The translations under genes were made by a program, and so were the position numbers. The notes under the pieces are model-generated. The model made no database searches. It saw only the letters and a program-made list of their open reading frames with translations, and was not told the origin of the DNA. 32,000 nucleotides of DNA from Synechococcus elongatus PCC 6301 (GTDB taxonomy: Bacteria > Cyanobacteriota > Cyanobacteriia > Synechococcales > Synechococcaceae), in contig NC_006576.1 in the NCBI RefSeq assembly GCF_000010065.1, positions 2,550,001 through 2,582,000 on the forward strand, written 5' to 3'. The first letter of the stretch is position 1. Every line of letters begins with the position of its first letter. Positions 8,633-16,921 of this stretch are shown here, one piece after another.

Positions 8633-8734
8633 AGGTAATTCATGACAGTCACGCTAACGGATGAGCGGTAACTGAGCGATCACAGCTGAAGCCATCAGAG
8701 ACTTGATCAGCGATCGCAGTCCCCTCAGGAGCTA

Positions 8735-9487
8735 CTAGCTCAGATTGGTTGAAGCAGGTGGCGAACTCGGTTGCCAGCGCGATCGCAAGTGAATGCCGAC
8801 CCAAGACCCTAGGAGTGCCGCAACCAGCCAGACCCAGCCATGCAAACTGGTGGAGGCAATACCGGCCAAATAGGCGCTGATATTACAGCCGGCCGCCAGA
8901 AATGCTCCAAAGCCCATACTCAATCCGCCTGCGATCGAGAGCCCAACTGCATGGGGTTGGAGGCTACCTTGCCAGCGCCAGCGGCCTTCATAGGCGGCAG
9001 CCGTCAAAGCACCCAAAATCAGACCTAGATCGGTGATCACACTGGGGTCTGCCAGTAAGCTGCTGCTGAGGCGTCCCAGTTGGCGCCCCCAAAAGACGCT
9101 GCTCTGGGGATCCCAGCCCAAGTTTTGGGCAACTTGCGCAGTCGTCAGAGCCAAGCCCCAGGTCACTCGCCAAGGTTGGCCGTCAACCACGAGGGTGCCG
9201 GTATAAAGCAGGGCGGTCGCTGTCGCCGCCAGCCAGAGCCGCCGAGATTTGACCATCGGCAGGGGTGCCCAGCGCCAGAGAGCCACGGCCAGAATTAAGA
9301 GCAGCCACAGTTGCAGGAGGAGGGCACTGCCCCAACCCAATTGGCTGGCAAAAGACCAGGCTCCCAAGCAGGAAGCTGGCTCCACAGCGGCCGTGTCAAG
9401 GTCGCCCCAAACGCCCCGATGCCAAAGGCAATCAGGGTGATCAATAGGTTGTAAGAACCGCCGCCAACGGCTGCCAAAGTACCGCAA
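8735..9487 (-). CDS. YeeE/YedE-family sulfur (thiosulfate) transporter, C-terminal part; the true start is unclear because the 5' 190 nt overlap the upstream part in another frame
   Basis: The ORF is hydrophobic and polytopic. It contains GLSMGFGAFLAAGCNISAYLAG, the second conserved Cys-containing half-helix motif of YeeE/YedE. See the finding on the possible frameshift. Confidence 0.65.
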   Translation of the reverse strand: MRYFGSRWRRFLQPIDHPDCLWHRGVWGDLDTAAVEPASCLGAWSFASQLGWGSALLLQLWLLLILAVALWRWAPLPMVKSRRLWLAATATALLYTGTLVVDGQPWRVTWGLALTTAQVAQNLGWDPQSSVFWGRQLGRLSSSLLADPSVITDLGLILGALTAAAYEGRWRWQGSLQPHAVGLSIAGGLSMGFGAFLAAGCNISAYLAGIASTSLHGWVWLVAALLGSWVGIHLRSRWQPSSPPASTNLS

Positions 9488-9894
9488 CCACAGGCGCGGC
9501 TGAGCTGCATGCCAATGCCAAATAGGAAAGCTCCGCCCAGACTAGCCCAGCCCACCGGCGCGATCGCGGGTCGTAGCTCCCAACCCCTGAGTTCCGCCAG
9601 GCTAAAAACGCCAGCAAAAGCGATCGAGGTTAGCGCCAACAACCACAACTGCGCCAAGGCAGGATTGCCATCCTGACGCTGTAGCAGTTTGCGAAACCCG
9701 CTGCTAAACCCAAAGCGCCCGTGATACAGAACGGCCCCGATCGCTGCACCCAGCAATAACAACATCGTCTGCCGCCCACCATGTAAACTCGCTGCGATCG
9801 CGATCGCAATGACGGCAGCGCTGCTGCCCCAGAACAGTCGCCACTGTGGGAGTGCCTGATCGGGAGCAAAGGAGGGAACGTCACTACTGGCCAT
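9295..9894 (-). CDS. YeeE/YedE-family sulfur (thiosulfate) transporter, N-terminal part
   Basis: ATG at 9894. It contains HGRFGFSSGFRKLL and GGAFLFGIGMQLSRACGCGTLAA, which are typical YeeE/YedE motifs. It ends in an unusual Cys-rich tail (SSCNCGCS*) that overlaps the next ORF. Confidence 0.65.
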   Translation of the reverse strand: MASSDVPSFAPDQALPQWRLFWGSSAAVIAIAIAASLHGGRQTMLLLLGAAIGAVLYHGRFGFSSGFRKLLQRQDGNPALAQLWLLALTSIAFAGVFSLAELRGWELRPAIAPVGWASLGGAFLFGIGMQLSRACGCGTLAAVGGGSYNLLITLIAFGIGAFGATLTRPLWSQLPAWEPGLLPANWVGAVPSSCNCGCS

Positions 9895-10089
9895 GGCTGT
9901 GCAAACGACAGTTACTTACGGTTAGGTTGCGTGGGTTTTGTGCTGGCTGGGAGGCTCACAGCCGCCGCCACCACTGGCAACGGCAGCACTGGCTAGCCAT
10001 AGGGGCAACCCCAAGCTCAGTACCCCCAAGCTGAGGGAAAGAATCGGTCTAGAGAACCAACGCGATTGTGACATCTGTTTGAAACCCAA

Positions 10090-10141
10090 ATGGAAGAGGC
10101 AAGAAAGGCCAGATCGCTGATGAGAAGTGCGATCGTGGCCT
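10090..10141 (-). terminator. Intrinsic terminator downstream of rhdA
   Basis: On the minus strand: AGGCCA-c-GATCGC [11-nt loop] GCGATC-TGGCCT. That is 12 bp with one bulge, at + coordinates 10106-10141. It is followed by TTCTTGCCTCTTCC. Confidence 0.6.
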
Positions 10142-10172
10142 AACACAAACAATTCAAGTCCAGCGCCGGGGA

Positions 10173-11135
10173 TTAAACGCGATCGGGACCAGTTTCAACC
10201 GGCAGATTGCTAGCGCTGTATTCGGTCCAAGACCCTTCGTAGATCCGCACCTTCGGATACTTGAGCAGGTGCTTGAGCACGAGGTACTGCAAGCTAGCCT
10301 CGCGACCCGTGCTGCAGGTAACGATCACATCTTTATCCGGTGTCACCCCTTTGGCTTCCAGAATTGCTTTCAGCTCTGAGAGGGGCTTCAGTTTGTGCGG
10401 ATTTTTCAGACTCTCATTGGCGTTGTTCGCTTCGGTGAAGGTCGGCCAAGGAATGTTGCGGGCCCCCGGAATGTGGCCGTTGCGAATAAATACCTGTTGC
10501 TCCCCGCTAAACAGCGCCGGCGGGCGCGGGTCAACAAACGTGGATTTACCCGTCAACTGTTCAACCTGCTTGATATCAACCCGAAATGCACGATTGTCCT
10601 TGGGCGCAAACCGCGCTGCTTGGTAACGCGGATACTCTTTGGTCACCGGTAGACCTGCATCCTTGTAGCCCTTGTAGCCCCCATCGAGCACAGCGATGTT
10701 CTGCACCCCCGATCGCTCGAGCAGATAGGCCACCAAGGTTGCACCGAGGACATCATTGCCGTCGGAGTAAACCAAAACAGTGTCGTTGTTGCTGACCCCA
10801 GCTCGACCAAAGAGCGACGCCAGTTTTTCGGGATCCCAAATCTGCACCGGCAAGAAGCCATTCGGTCCCCGATAGGCGGCATCGGCAATATTGACTGCCC
10901 CGGGGAGGTGGCCCTCGATGTAGGCCAGGGGGTTGGTGCGGACATCAAGAATTTTTAGCTGTTTATTATTCAGCCGTTCTGCAGCCCAAGTCGGCGCCAC
11001 AAATTGCACGGTTGCCTGGGAGGCAGCGGTCGCTGGTGTCAGCCAGCCCGGGACAGCCAAAAGGACGGCAACAACAAGAGAAATCACCGCTAGGAACGCC
11101 TTTTGGCGCGGCCAGCGGAGCGATCGCACGGACAT
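10173..11135 (-). CDS. rhdA: Periplasmic rhodanese-like sulfurtransferase (sulfur-deprivation-induced RhdA)
   Basis: Signal peptide MSVRSLRWPRQKAFLAVISLVVAVLLAVPGWLTPATAA. Tandem rhodanese domains with the active-site loop VIVTCSTGREAS. The ATG at 11135 is preferred over the TTG at 11147. Its position next to the cys transport genes matches the described S. elongatus rhdA locus (from memory). Confidence 0.9.
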   Translation of the reverse strand: MSVRSLRWPRQKAFLAVISLVVAVLLAVPGWLTPATAASQATVQFVAPTWAAERLNNKQLKILDVRTNPLAYIEGHLPGAVNIADAAYRGPNGFLPVQIWDPEKLASLFGRAGVSNNDTVLVYSDGNDVLGATLVAYLLERSGVQNIAVLDGGYKGYKDAGLPVTKEYPRYQAARFAPKDNRAFRVDIKQVEQLTGKSTFVDPRPPALFSGEQQVFIRNGHIPGARNIPWPTFTEANNANESLKNPHKLKPLSELKAILEAKGVTPDKDVIVTCSTGREASLQYLVLKHLLKYPKVRIYEGSWTEYSASNLPVETGPDRV

Positions 11136-11276
11136 ACTCAACCTCAAACAACTAAAACCCGATCGATTTATTGGTGATTATTGCACGACTGCTGAATCCT
11201 GACCATGGGTTCTGCGCACTACAGGGGATTTCAGGGGCTAACTCCCCGATGAACGAGTGGGGTAGCAACGAAAAAG

Positions 11277-12137
11277 TCAGTGTTGGCGGTTCTTGGCAGC
11301 GCTGCTGGGCTGTTGCTGAATCCAGTACTGGAGTACCAGGGTCAGCAGCGCCACGATCGCCAAGAGAGAAGCGCAGGCAAAGGCAGCCGTCGCTTGGTAC
11401 TCCAGATAGACCCGCTCGACGTGCAGCGTCAGGGTATTGGTCGAGCCGATAATCTTGCCCGAAACTACGGAGACGGCACCAAACTCCCCGATTGCCCGCG
11501 CGGTGCTGAGGATGATGCCGTAGAGCAAAGCCGGTCGAATCATAGGCAGGGTCACCCGCCAGAAGGTCTGCCAGGTCGTGGCTCCCAAACTCTGGGCGGC
11601 TTCTTCATCCTCCCGACTGAGAGTTTGCAAAACAGGAAATACTTCGCGGGCGACGAAGGGAATCGTCACGAACATCACCGTCAAGACCAGCCCTGGCGTG
11701 GCGAAGACAATCTTCAAATCCCAGCGGTTGACCAAATCGGCTAGCCAGCCAATTTGGGGGCTGTAGAGCAAAATCAGCATGAAGCCGGCAACCACTGGCG
11801 AAATGGAGAGCGGTAGATCCAACAAAGCCAGAACGATCGCCTGACCTGGAAAGGATTGCCGCACCAAGACCCAAGCGATCGCTACGCCAAATAAGGTATT
11901 CAGCGGAATTGCGACTGCGGTAATCAGCAGCGTCAAGCGAATAGCATGGAGGGCTTCGGGTTGCTGGATGCCTTGCCAGTAGGCTGCCAACCCTTCACGT
12001 AGCGCTTCCCAGAACACGACGACTAAGGGCAGCAGGACAATCGCCGTCAGAAACGCCAGCCCTATGCCAATCAACAGGTAGGCCTGCCAAGGGCGGGCTG
12101 AGACAGCGGGCGATCGCACGAAGACAGAGGGAGCCAT
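11277..12137 (-). CDS. Sulfate/thiosulfate ABC transporter permease, CysW-like (second copy)
   Basis: 286 aa with 6 predicted TM segments. The EAA loop is SREDEEAAQSLGATTWQTFWRVTLPMIRPALLYG. It is paralogous to the cysW at 14188-15048. Its start overlaps the upstream stop as TGATG at 12135-12139. Confidence 0.9.
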   Translation of the reverse strand: MAPSVFVRSPAVSARPWQAYLLIGIGLAFLTAIVLLPLVVVFWEALREGLAAYWQGIQQPEALHAIRLTLLITAVAIPLNTLFGVAIAWVLVRQSFPGQAIVLALLDLPLSISPVVAGFMLILLYSPQIGWLADLVNRWDLKIVFATPGLVLTVMFVTIPFVAREVFPVLQTLSREDEEAAQSLGATTWQTFWRVTLPMIRPALLYGIILSTARAIGEFGAVSVVSGKIIGSTNTLTLHVERVYLEYQATAAFACASLLAIVALLTLVLQYWIQQQPSSAAKNRQH

Positions 12138-13003
12138 CAGTACTTGTGGGAGAAACGGAACCAGAGCCCCAGGCTGTTGGTGACGGCGAGGAGCAAGAGC
12201 GACACAATCAACAGCACCAATGACACAGCTGTTGCCCCGCTGATATCAAACTCTTCAAAGCGCTGATAGACGTAGACCGTGGCGACCAAGGTTTTGTAGG
12301 GCAGGTTGCCGGAAATGATCGTGACCAAGCCGTACTCCCCCAACCCCCGCGCCAGCGCCAAGCTAAAGCCGGTTACCAAAGCGGGAATCAGTTGCGGAAA
12401 CAGCACGCGCCAGAAGGTCTGGCTAGGGGTGGCCCCGAGGGTCGCTGCTACTTCCTCGATCTCGGGCTCTAACTCCGCTAAGACGGGCTGCACCGTCCGC
12501 ATCACAAAGGGCAGCGTCACGTAGACCATGGCGAAGATCACGCCGAGTTGAGAGGCCGTGAAGTTGAAGTCTTCAATGCCGAAGCGGGTCAGCAGTTGAC
12601 CCAAGAAGGTTCCGGGCTGCCAGAATTGGCCGATTGTACCGTTAGGGCCGTAAAGGCTAAACAGGGCGATGCCAGCAACCACCCCGGACAGGGCAAAGGG
12701 GAGATCGATCAGGGCATCTGCCAGCCGCTTGCCTGGGAACTGATAGCGCACCAAAATCCAAGCCAAGAGCAGGCCGAGAATGGTGTTAAAAATCGCTGCC
12801 CCAAAAGCTGCGGTTAAGGAAAGCTGAAAAGCCGCGATCGCGAGTTCTTGGGTGAGTAAATTGCGGAGGTTCTCAGCGGGTTGCAGCCAAGCAGCCCGAA
12901 GTAAGGCCAGCAGGGGAAACCCCACCACTCCGAATGCGTAGAGTGCGATCGCCAGCCGCAAACTCCGACTGCCCCAGGTTTCCCAACGGCTTAATTTGGC
13001 CAT
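12137..13003 (-). CDS. Sulfate/thiosulfate ABC transporter permease, CysT-like (second copy)
   Basis: 288 aa. The EAA loop is EPEIEEVAATLGATPSQTFWRVLFPQLIPALVTG. It is paralogous to the cysT at 16011-16847. Its start overlaps the stop of the binding-protein gene as TAATG at 13001-13005. Confidence 0.9.
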   Translation of the reverse strand: MAKLSRWETWGSRSLRLAIALYAFGVVGFPLLALLRAAWLQPAENLRNLLTQELAIAAFQLSLTAAFGAAIFNTILGLLLAWILVRYQFPGKRLADALIDLPFALSGVVAGIALFSLYGPNGTIGQFWQPGTFLGQLLTRFGIEDFNFTASQLGVIFAMVYVTLPFVMRTVQPVLAELEPEIEEVAATLGATPSQTFWRVLFPQLIPALVTGFSLALARGLGEYGLVTIISGNLPYKTLVATVYVYQRFEEFDISGATAVSLVLLIVSLLLLAVTNSLGLWFRFSHKY

Positions 13004-14028
13004 TAGCGAGCGGCTTTTTGGGCCTGATCAAACAGCGCACCATCGGCGTAGAGGGTTTTGTCGATGGTCGGCCAGCCCCCAAAATCTGCGATCGTGCGCA
13101 ACTGCTGCACGGGCTTGAATTGCTTGGCGTAGCGTTGGAAAACTTGGCGATCAAAAGGGCGATAGCCAGCTTCGGCATAGATGGCTTGGGCTTTGGGGGT
13201 AAAGAGAAATTGGGTAAAAGCCTCAGCCACGCGCCGCGTACCGCGCTTATCGACAACAGTATCAATCACCGTGACCGGGAAGTCGACGCGGACGTTCGCT
13301 GAGGGAACAACGTAGGGAAAATCTCTCGGAACGGCTTCATTGGTCACAATGATTTCGTTCTCAAAATTAATCAGGGCATCTCCAACGCGATTTTTAACAA
13401 AGGCATCCGTTGCTTCGCGCCCAGAATTAACTTGGGTCTTGATATTTTTGGCAAAGCTAAATAGAAAATTGCGAGCTGGGGTGGCACCTTGCGCTTTCAA
13501 AACAGAGCCATAACCCGCCAAAATTCCCCAGCGCGCATTGCCGGAAGTTTTGGGGTTGAGCGAAACAAGGCTGACGTCAGGCTTTGCTAAATCGGTCCAG
13601 GTTTGAATTTTTTTAGGATTGCCCGGCCGCACGATAATTGCCATGACTGTCGTTGCTGGCGAAGCACTGTTGGGGAGGCGGGTATTCCAATTGGAGCGAA
13701 CTAAACCCTTCTCGACCAGTGGTGTGACATTACTCGTGATGTTCTGAGCCAAGATGTCGGCCTCTAATCCGCCGAGGACAGCGCGGGTTTGGGCTCCAGA
13801 GGCACCGTAGGATTCCTTAAAAGTGACGGTCTGCCCCGTCTTGGCTTTCCATTCTTTTTGGAATTCAGGAATCAGTTTCTCAAAGACAGGCTTAGCAACG
13901 GCATAGCTCACTAACGTGAGTTCAACCGGCCGAGACTGAGCATTTGCTTGAGATTGCAGCAGCGATGGCAAAGCAGTCAGACTCCCGAAAATTGCTAGGG
14001 TCAGCACTGCACGGCGATTAACTTTCAT
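13003..14028 (-). CDS. Periplasmic sulfate/thiosulfate-binding protein (CysP/Sbp family, second copy; plausibly thiosulfate-binding)
   Basis: 341 aa with a signal peptide (MKVNRRAVLTLAIFGSLTALPSLLQSQANA). VELTLVSYAVAKPVFEKLIPEFQKEW...SYGASGAQTRAVLGGLEADI...NPKTSGNARW is collinear with SbpA at 16922-17974 and with E. coli Sbp/CysP family motifs. Confidence 0.88.
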   Translation of the reverse strand: MKVNRRAVLTLAIFGSLTALPSLLQSQANAQSRPVELTLVSYAVAKPVFEKLIPEFQKEWKAKTGQTVTFKESYGASGAQTRAVLGGLEADILAQNITSNVTPLVEKGLVRSNWNTRLPNSASPATTVMAIIVRPGNPKKIQTWTDLAKPDVSLVSLNPKTSGNARWGILAGYGSVLKAQGATPARNFLFSFAKNIKTQVNSGREATDAFVKNRVGDALINFENEIIVTNEAVPRDFPYVVPSANVRVDFPVTVIDTVVDKRGTRRVAEAFTQFLFTPKAQAIYAEAGYRPFDRQVFQRYAKQFKPVQQLRTIADFGGWPTIDKTLYADGALFDQAQKAAR

Positions 14029-14104
14029 AACATCAGATTTGGAAAAGCTTCTTGCACGCTAGTTCAAAAGCTGACGCGGAAGCTTGTCATCTAGAGGACA
14101 ATTT

Positions 14105-14161
14105 TTGTAAAAAATAGATTCAAAAAGAAACGGAATGAATGAAGAACTTCCAATCATTCCG
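14105..14161 (-). terminator. Intrinsic terminator of the sbpA-cysT-ORF81-cysR-cysW transcription unit
   Basis: CGGAATGA (14131-14138) pairs with TCATTCCG (14154-14161). On the minus strand the hairpin is followed by TTTCTTTTTGAATCTATTTTTTAC. It lies 27 nt after the cysW stop. Confidence 0.75.
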
Positions 14162-14187
14162 CCGAAAGAAATTTCAAGGCTGAGCGT

Positions 14188-15048
14188 TTAGTGAATTCGA
14201 CTTTGTCGGCCTGTTCGCGCTTCTAAAAGGGCCTTTAAGACCAAGGTGACGAGGGAAATTCCTCCCAACAGTAATGCTGCTGTATAGGAGAGAGTCGTTT
14301 GATACTGCTTGTAGGCTTCTTCAACAAACAGCGGTAGGGTTTGGGTTTTGCCGGTGATACTGCCAGAGACCACCGAAACAGCGCCAAACTCACCCAGGGC
14401 TCGGGCAGTGGTCAAGACCACGCCGTAGAGCATGCTCCACTTAATGCTCGGTAGAGTGACCCGCCAAAAGGTCTGCCAGCCGTTAGCCCCAAGGGTACTG
14501 GCGGCCTCTTCAGCATCCGTGCCAATTTCTTCGAGGTTAGGAATGACTTCCCGCGCCACAAAGGGCATGGAGACAAAAATGGTGGCAAGGGCCATGCCGG
14601 GCCAAGCAAAAATAATCTTGATATCGTTGCTTTCCAGCAGGGGCCCCAACCAACCGTTGCGGCCGTAAAGCAAGACAATCATCAGACCAGCAACGACCGG
14701 TGAGATCGAAAATGGCAGGTCAATCACGCTCAACAGCAGTGATTTGCCCGGAAACTGTTTGCGAGCGATCGCAAAAGCAGCTGCTAGGCCAAACAAGGTG
14801 TTGAGCGGAACACTGATCACGCCCATTAACAGAGTGAGTCGAATCGCCTCTTGCAGGTTGCGATCGCCCAAGTTCTTGATGAAACCGCTCAGCCCTTCAC
14901 TAAAGGCTTGAACTGCCACATTGGCTGCCGGAATGATGATGATCAAACCGACATAGAGCAGAGAGATGCCAATTAAGGCCAAGGGCAGGAGAGATTTCGA
15001 CTCCTTGACCCCCGCAATTTGGCGACGGGCTTTGACGAAAGCAACCAT
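14188..15048 (-). CDS. cysW: Sulfate ABC transporter permease CysW
   Basis: The EAA loop is TDAEEAASTLGANGWQTFWRVTLPSIKWSMLYG. Six hydrophobic segments. The ATG at 15048 (MVAFVKARRQ...) is preferred over the TTG at 15060. Confidence 0.93.
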   Translation of the reverse strand: MVAFVKARRQIAGVKESKSLLPLALIGISLLYVGLIIIIPAANVAVQAFSEGLSGFIKNLGDRNLQEAIRLTLLMGVISVPLNTLFGLAAAFAIARKQFPGKSLLLSVIDLPFSISPVVAGLMIVLLYGRNGWLGPLLESNDIKIIFAWPGMALATIFVSMPFVAREVIPNLEEIGTDAEEAASTLGANGWQTFWRVTLPSIKWSMLYGVVLTTARALGEFGAVSVVSGSITGKTQTLPLFVEEAYKQYQTTLSYTAALLLGGISLVTLVLKALLEARTGRQSRIH

Positions 15049-15093
15049 GAGTTGAGGCAAAAACGGCAGACAGAGGACAGGATGGCCGCTCGC

Positions 15094-15714
15094 TTAGGCA
15101 GAGAGCCGCGCGGGCGGGTAGAGCGTCTCGGGGTAGCGCACAATCAAAGCGCGATCGCGCCGGTGAATGCGCCCGGCCTGACGAAATTCTCCCAAGAGAC
15201 GGGTCGTTGTGACACGGGTTGACCCAGACAACTCGGCAATCACCTGATGGGTCAGGGGGATTCGACGCAAGTCAATCTCCCAGCCAGTGGCCCCAGGCTG
15301 ACCAAACCGCTCGCCAATCCAACCCAGCAAACTAGCCAATTTGGCTTCGGCTCGCCGTAGCCGCGTGATGCTCAGCAACCGTTCGGTGTAGCGGAGACTG
15401 CGAACTAAGGATTCATGGCTTTCCAAGGCTGGGTCGCTGACCGCCACAACCTCAACTGCCGTCAAGCACTCGAGCTCGTAGGGATCGAGGCAGCTGAGAG
15501 GACGACCAATCAGGTCTCCCGGCCCCCACAGACCCAAGCTGATCATGTCACCTTCTTCTCCCCAAGTAGAGGAGCGCACCAAACCAGACTGAATTTTCCA
15601 GATGACGTTGGCGCCGGTAGGGACCATGCCCCGCCGCCCGATCAGTAGACGATGGGGAGCGGGAGTCGCCGGCGAGGTGGGCGGTAGTAGCGTCGAGGCA
15701 GGTTCGCGAACCAT
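15094..15714 (-). CDS. cysR: CRP/FNR-family transcriptional regulator CysR
   Basis: The N-terminal part is cNMP-binding-like (VIWKIQSGLVRSSTWGEEGDMISLGLWGPGDLIG). The C-terminal HTH is IPLTHQVIAELSGSTRVTTTRLLGEFRQAGRI. It is embedded in the cys permease operon, as described for S. elongatus cysR. The ATG at 15714 is preferred over the start at 15738. Confidence 0.85.
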   Translation of the reverse strand: MVREPASTLLPPTSPATPAPHRLLIGRRGMVPTGANVIWKIQSGLVRSSTWGEEGDMISLGLWGPGDLIGRPLSCLDPYELECLTAVEVVAVSDPALESHESLVRSLRYTERLLSITRLRRAEAKLASLLGWIGERFGQPGATGWEIDLRRIPLTHQVIAELSGSTRVTTTRLLGEFRQAGRIHRRDRALIVRYPETLYPPARLSA

Positions 15715-15741
15715 CGAATCTCTCCTGCAAAAGGGCAATGC

Positions 15742-15987
15742 TTAAAACTCGTCTTCGGTGTCGGACCAGAGCTCAATATCGCGATCGCGTAAGACCGCCA
15801 GAGCCGCAGTAATGTCTTCAGGAGTCCCGGTGAGCATGACGTCAAACCAGCCGTCTTCCTCACGATTGGGACCGAGATGCGCCGCGAGGATATTGAACTG
15901 CAGTTGACAGCTCGCCAGCACATCTCCCATCAACGGCTGATCGCGATATTTCTTTGGCACTTGAAGTCGAATTCGGAGCGTTGCCAT
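15742..15987 (-). CDS. Stand-alone NIL-domain (ferredoxin-fold) protein, the 'ORF81' of the cys cluster
   Basis: 81 aa: MATLRIRLQVPKKYRDQPLMGDVLASCQLQFNILAAHLGPNREEDGWFDVMLTGTPEDITAALAVLRDRDIELW. The pattern (hydrophobic core, NILaA, G.f.v.l.G....i..a...L) matches the NIL domain otherwise found at the C-terminus of MetN-type ATPases. Confidence 0.7.
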   Translation of the reverse strand: MATLRIRLQVPKKYRDQPLMGDVLASCQLQFNILAAHLGPNREEDGWFDVMLTGTPEDITAALAVLRDRDIELWSDTEDEF

Positions 15988-16010
15988 CGCGAGATCCTCC
16001 GCAATGTGGG

Positions 16011-16847
16011 TTAGCCGTTGTAACGGCTGCTCCAGTTCTGGAGCGCGCTGATCACGAACAGAATCACCAGTGAAAACAGCAGCAAGACGGAGCCAATCAC
16101 GGTGGCGCCCGCGTAGTCGTACTGTTCCAGTCGTTCGAAAATCAGAACCGGCGCAATCAAGTCATCGAAGGGCAAGTTACCCGAGATGATCACCACCGAA
16201 CCAAACTCGCCAACGGCTCGCGAGAAACCCTGGGCAACGCCGGCCAGCACCCCGGGGAGAATCGGCGGTAAGATGACGCGCCAAAAGGTTTCACTGGGGC
16301 TAGCCCCCAGGGAAGCGGCCGCTTCTTCTGCTTCCACCTCCAGTTCCAACAGCAGTGGCTCGACCGTCCGCATCACAAAGGGCAGAGAGATGAACACCAT
16401 CGCCAGCAACACCCCCCAGCGGGTGAAGGCAATTTGAACGCCAAAGGGTGCAATGAACTGCCCAATCCAGCCCTTGTCGCTATAGACCGTGGCTAGGGTC
16501 AGACCTGCCACTGCTGTCGGCAGGGCAAAGGGGAGATCGATGAAGCTATCAAATAGCTTTTTGCCCGGGAAGTCGTAACGGGTCAGGACCCAGGCAATAA
16601 TTACGCCAAACACACCGTTGAGCGCTGCTGCCGCCAAGGAGAGACCAAAGGTCACCTCGTAGGCCGCTACGGCAACCGGCTGTGTGGCCAACTCCCAAAT
16701 CCTTCCCAGCGGCAAGGAAGCCGACTTGAGGAACAAGGCGATGATCGGGATGAACAGGATTAGGGTGAGATACACCCACGTGAATCGCCAAGACCAACTC
16801 AAGCGAGTCAGCCAAGTGAAGGAGAGGGAAGGGAGGCGCAGAGACAT
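16011..16847 (-). CDS. cysT: Sulfate ABC transporter permease CysT
   Basis: 278 aa. The EAA loop is EVEAEEAAASLGASPSETFWRVILPPILPGVLAG. ATG at 16847. Confidence 0.93.
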   Translation of the reverse strand: MSLRLPSLSFTWLTRLSWSWRFTWVYLTLILFIPIIALFLKSASLPLGRIWELATQPVAVAAYEVTFGLSLAAAALNGVFGVIIAWVLTRYDFPGKKLFDSFIDLPFALPTAVAGLTLATVYSDKGWIGQFIAPFGVQIAFTRWGVLLAMVFISLPFVMRTVEPLLLELEVEAEEAAASLGASPSETFWRVILPPILPGVLAGVAQGFSRAVGEFGSVVIISGNLPFDDLIAPVLIFERLEQYDYAGATVIGSVLLLFSLVILFVISALQNWSSRYNG

Positions 16848-16921
16848 GGAGCGACGCTAACGAACAAAAGAGTAATCGTACGGTGAGGCGTTGTGGTTTG
16901 AAGGACTCGGGCTGCGATCGC

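Noticed and set aside
9922-10152. A small minus-strand ORF. From ATG 10074 it would encode a 50-aa signal-peptide protein, MSQSRWFSRPILSLSLGVLSLGLPLWLASAAVA/SGGGGCEPPSQHKTHAT, between rhdA and yeeE.
   Set aside because: It is tempting as a secreted Cys peptide in a sulfur cluster. However, its ATG sits only about 16 nt after the rhdA terminator T-tract, with no visible SD or promoter. The hydrophobic LSLG repeats arise from a DNA direct repeat, CCCCAAGCT(C/G)AG, at about 10007-10036. The region more likely holds the yeeE promoter or leader. It would need Ribo-seq evidence to be revived.
13003-14187. An AT-richer, HIP1-free stretch of about 1.85 kb covering the CysP-like binding-protein gene, considered as possible horizontal acquisition.
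   Set aside because: The paralogous sbpA gene shows the same lower-GC, HIP1-poor character. Sample lines are about 47% GC and the HIP1 gap is 16.9-18.4 kb. The effect is therefore more simply explained by the amino-acid and codon composition of soluble Lys/Asn-rich binding proteins versus membrane permeases. One gap of this size is also expected by chance.
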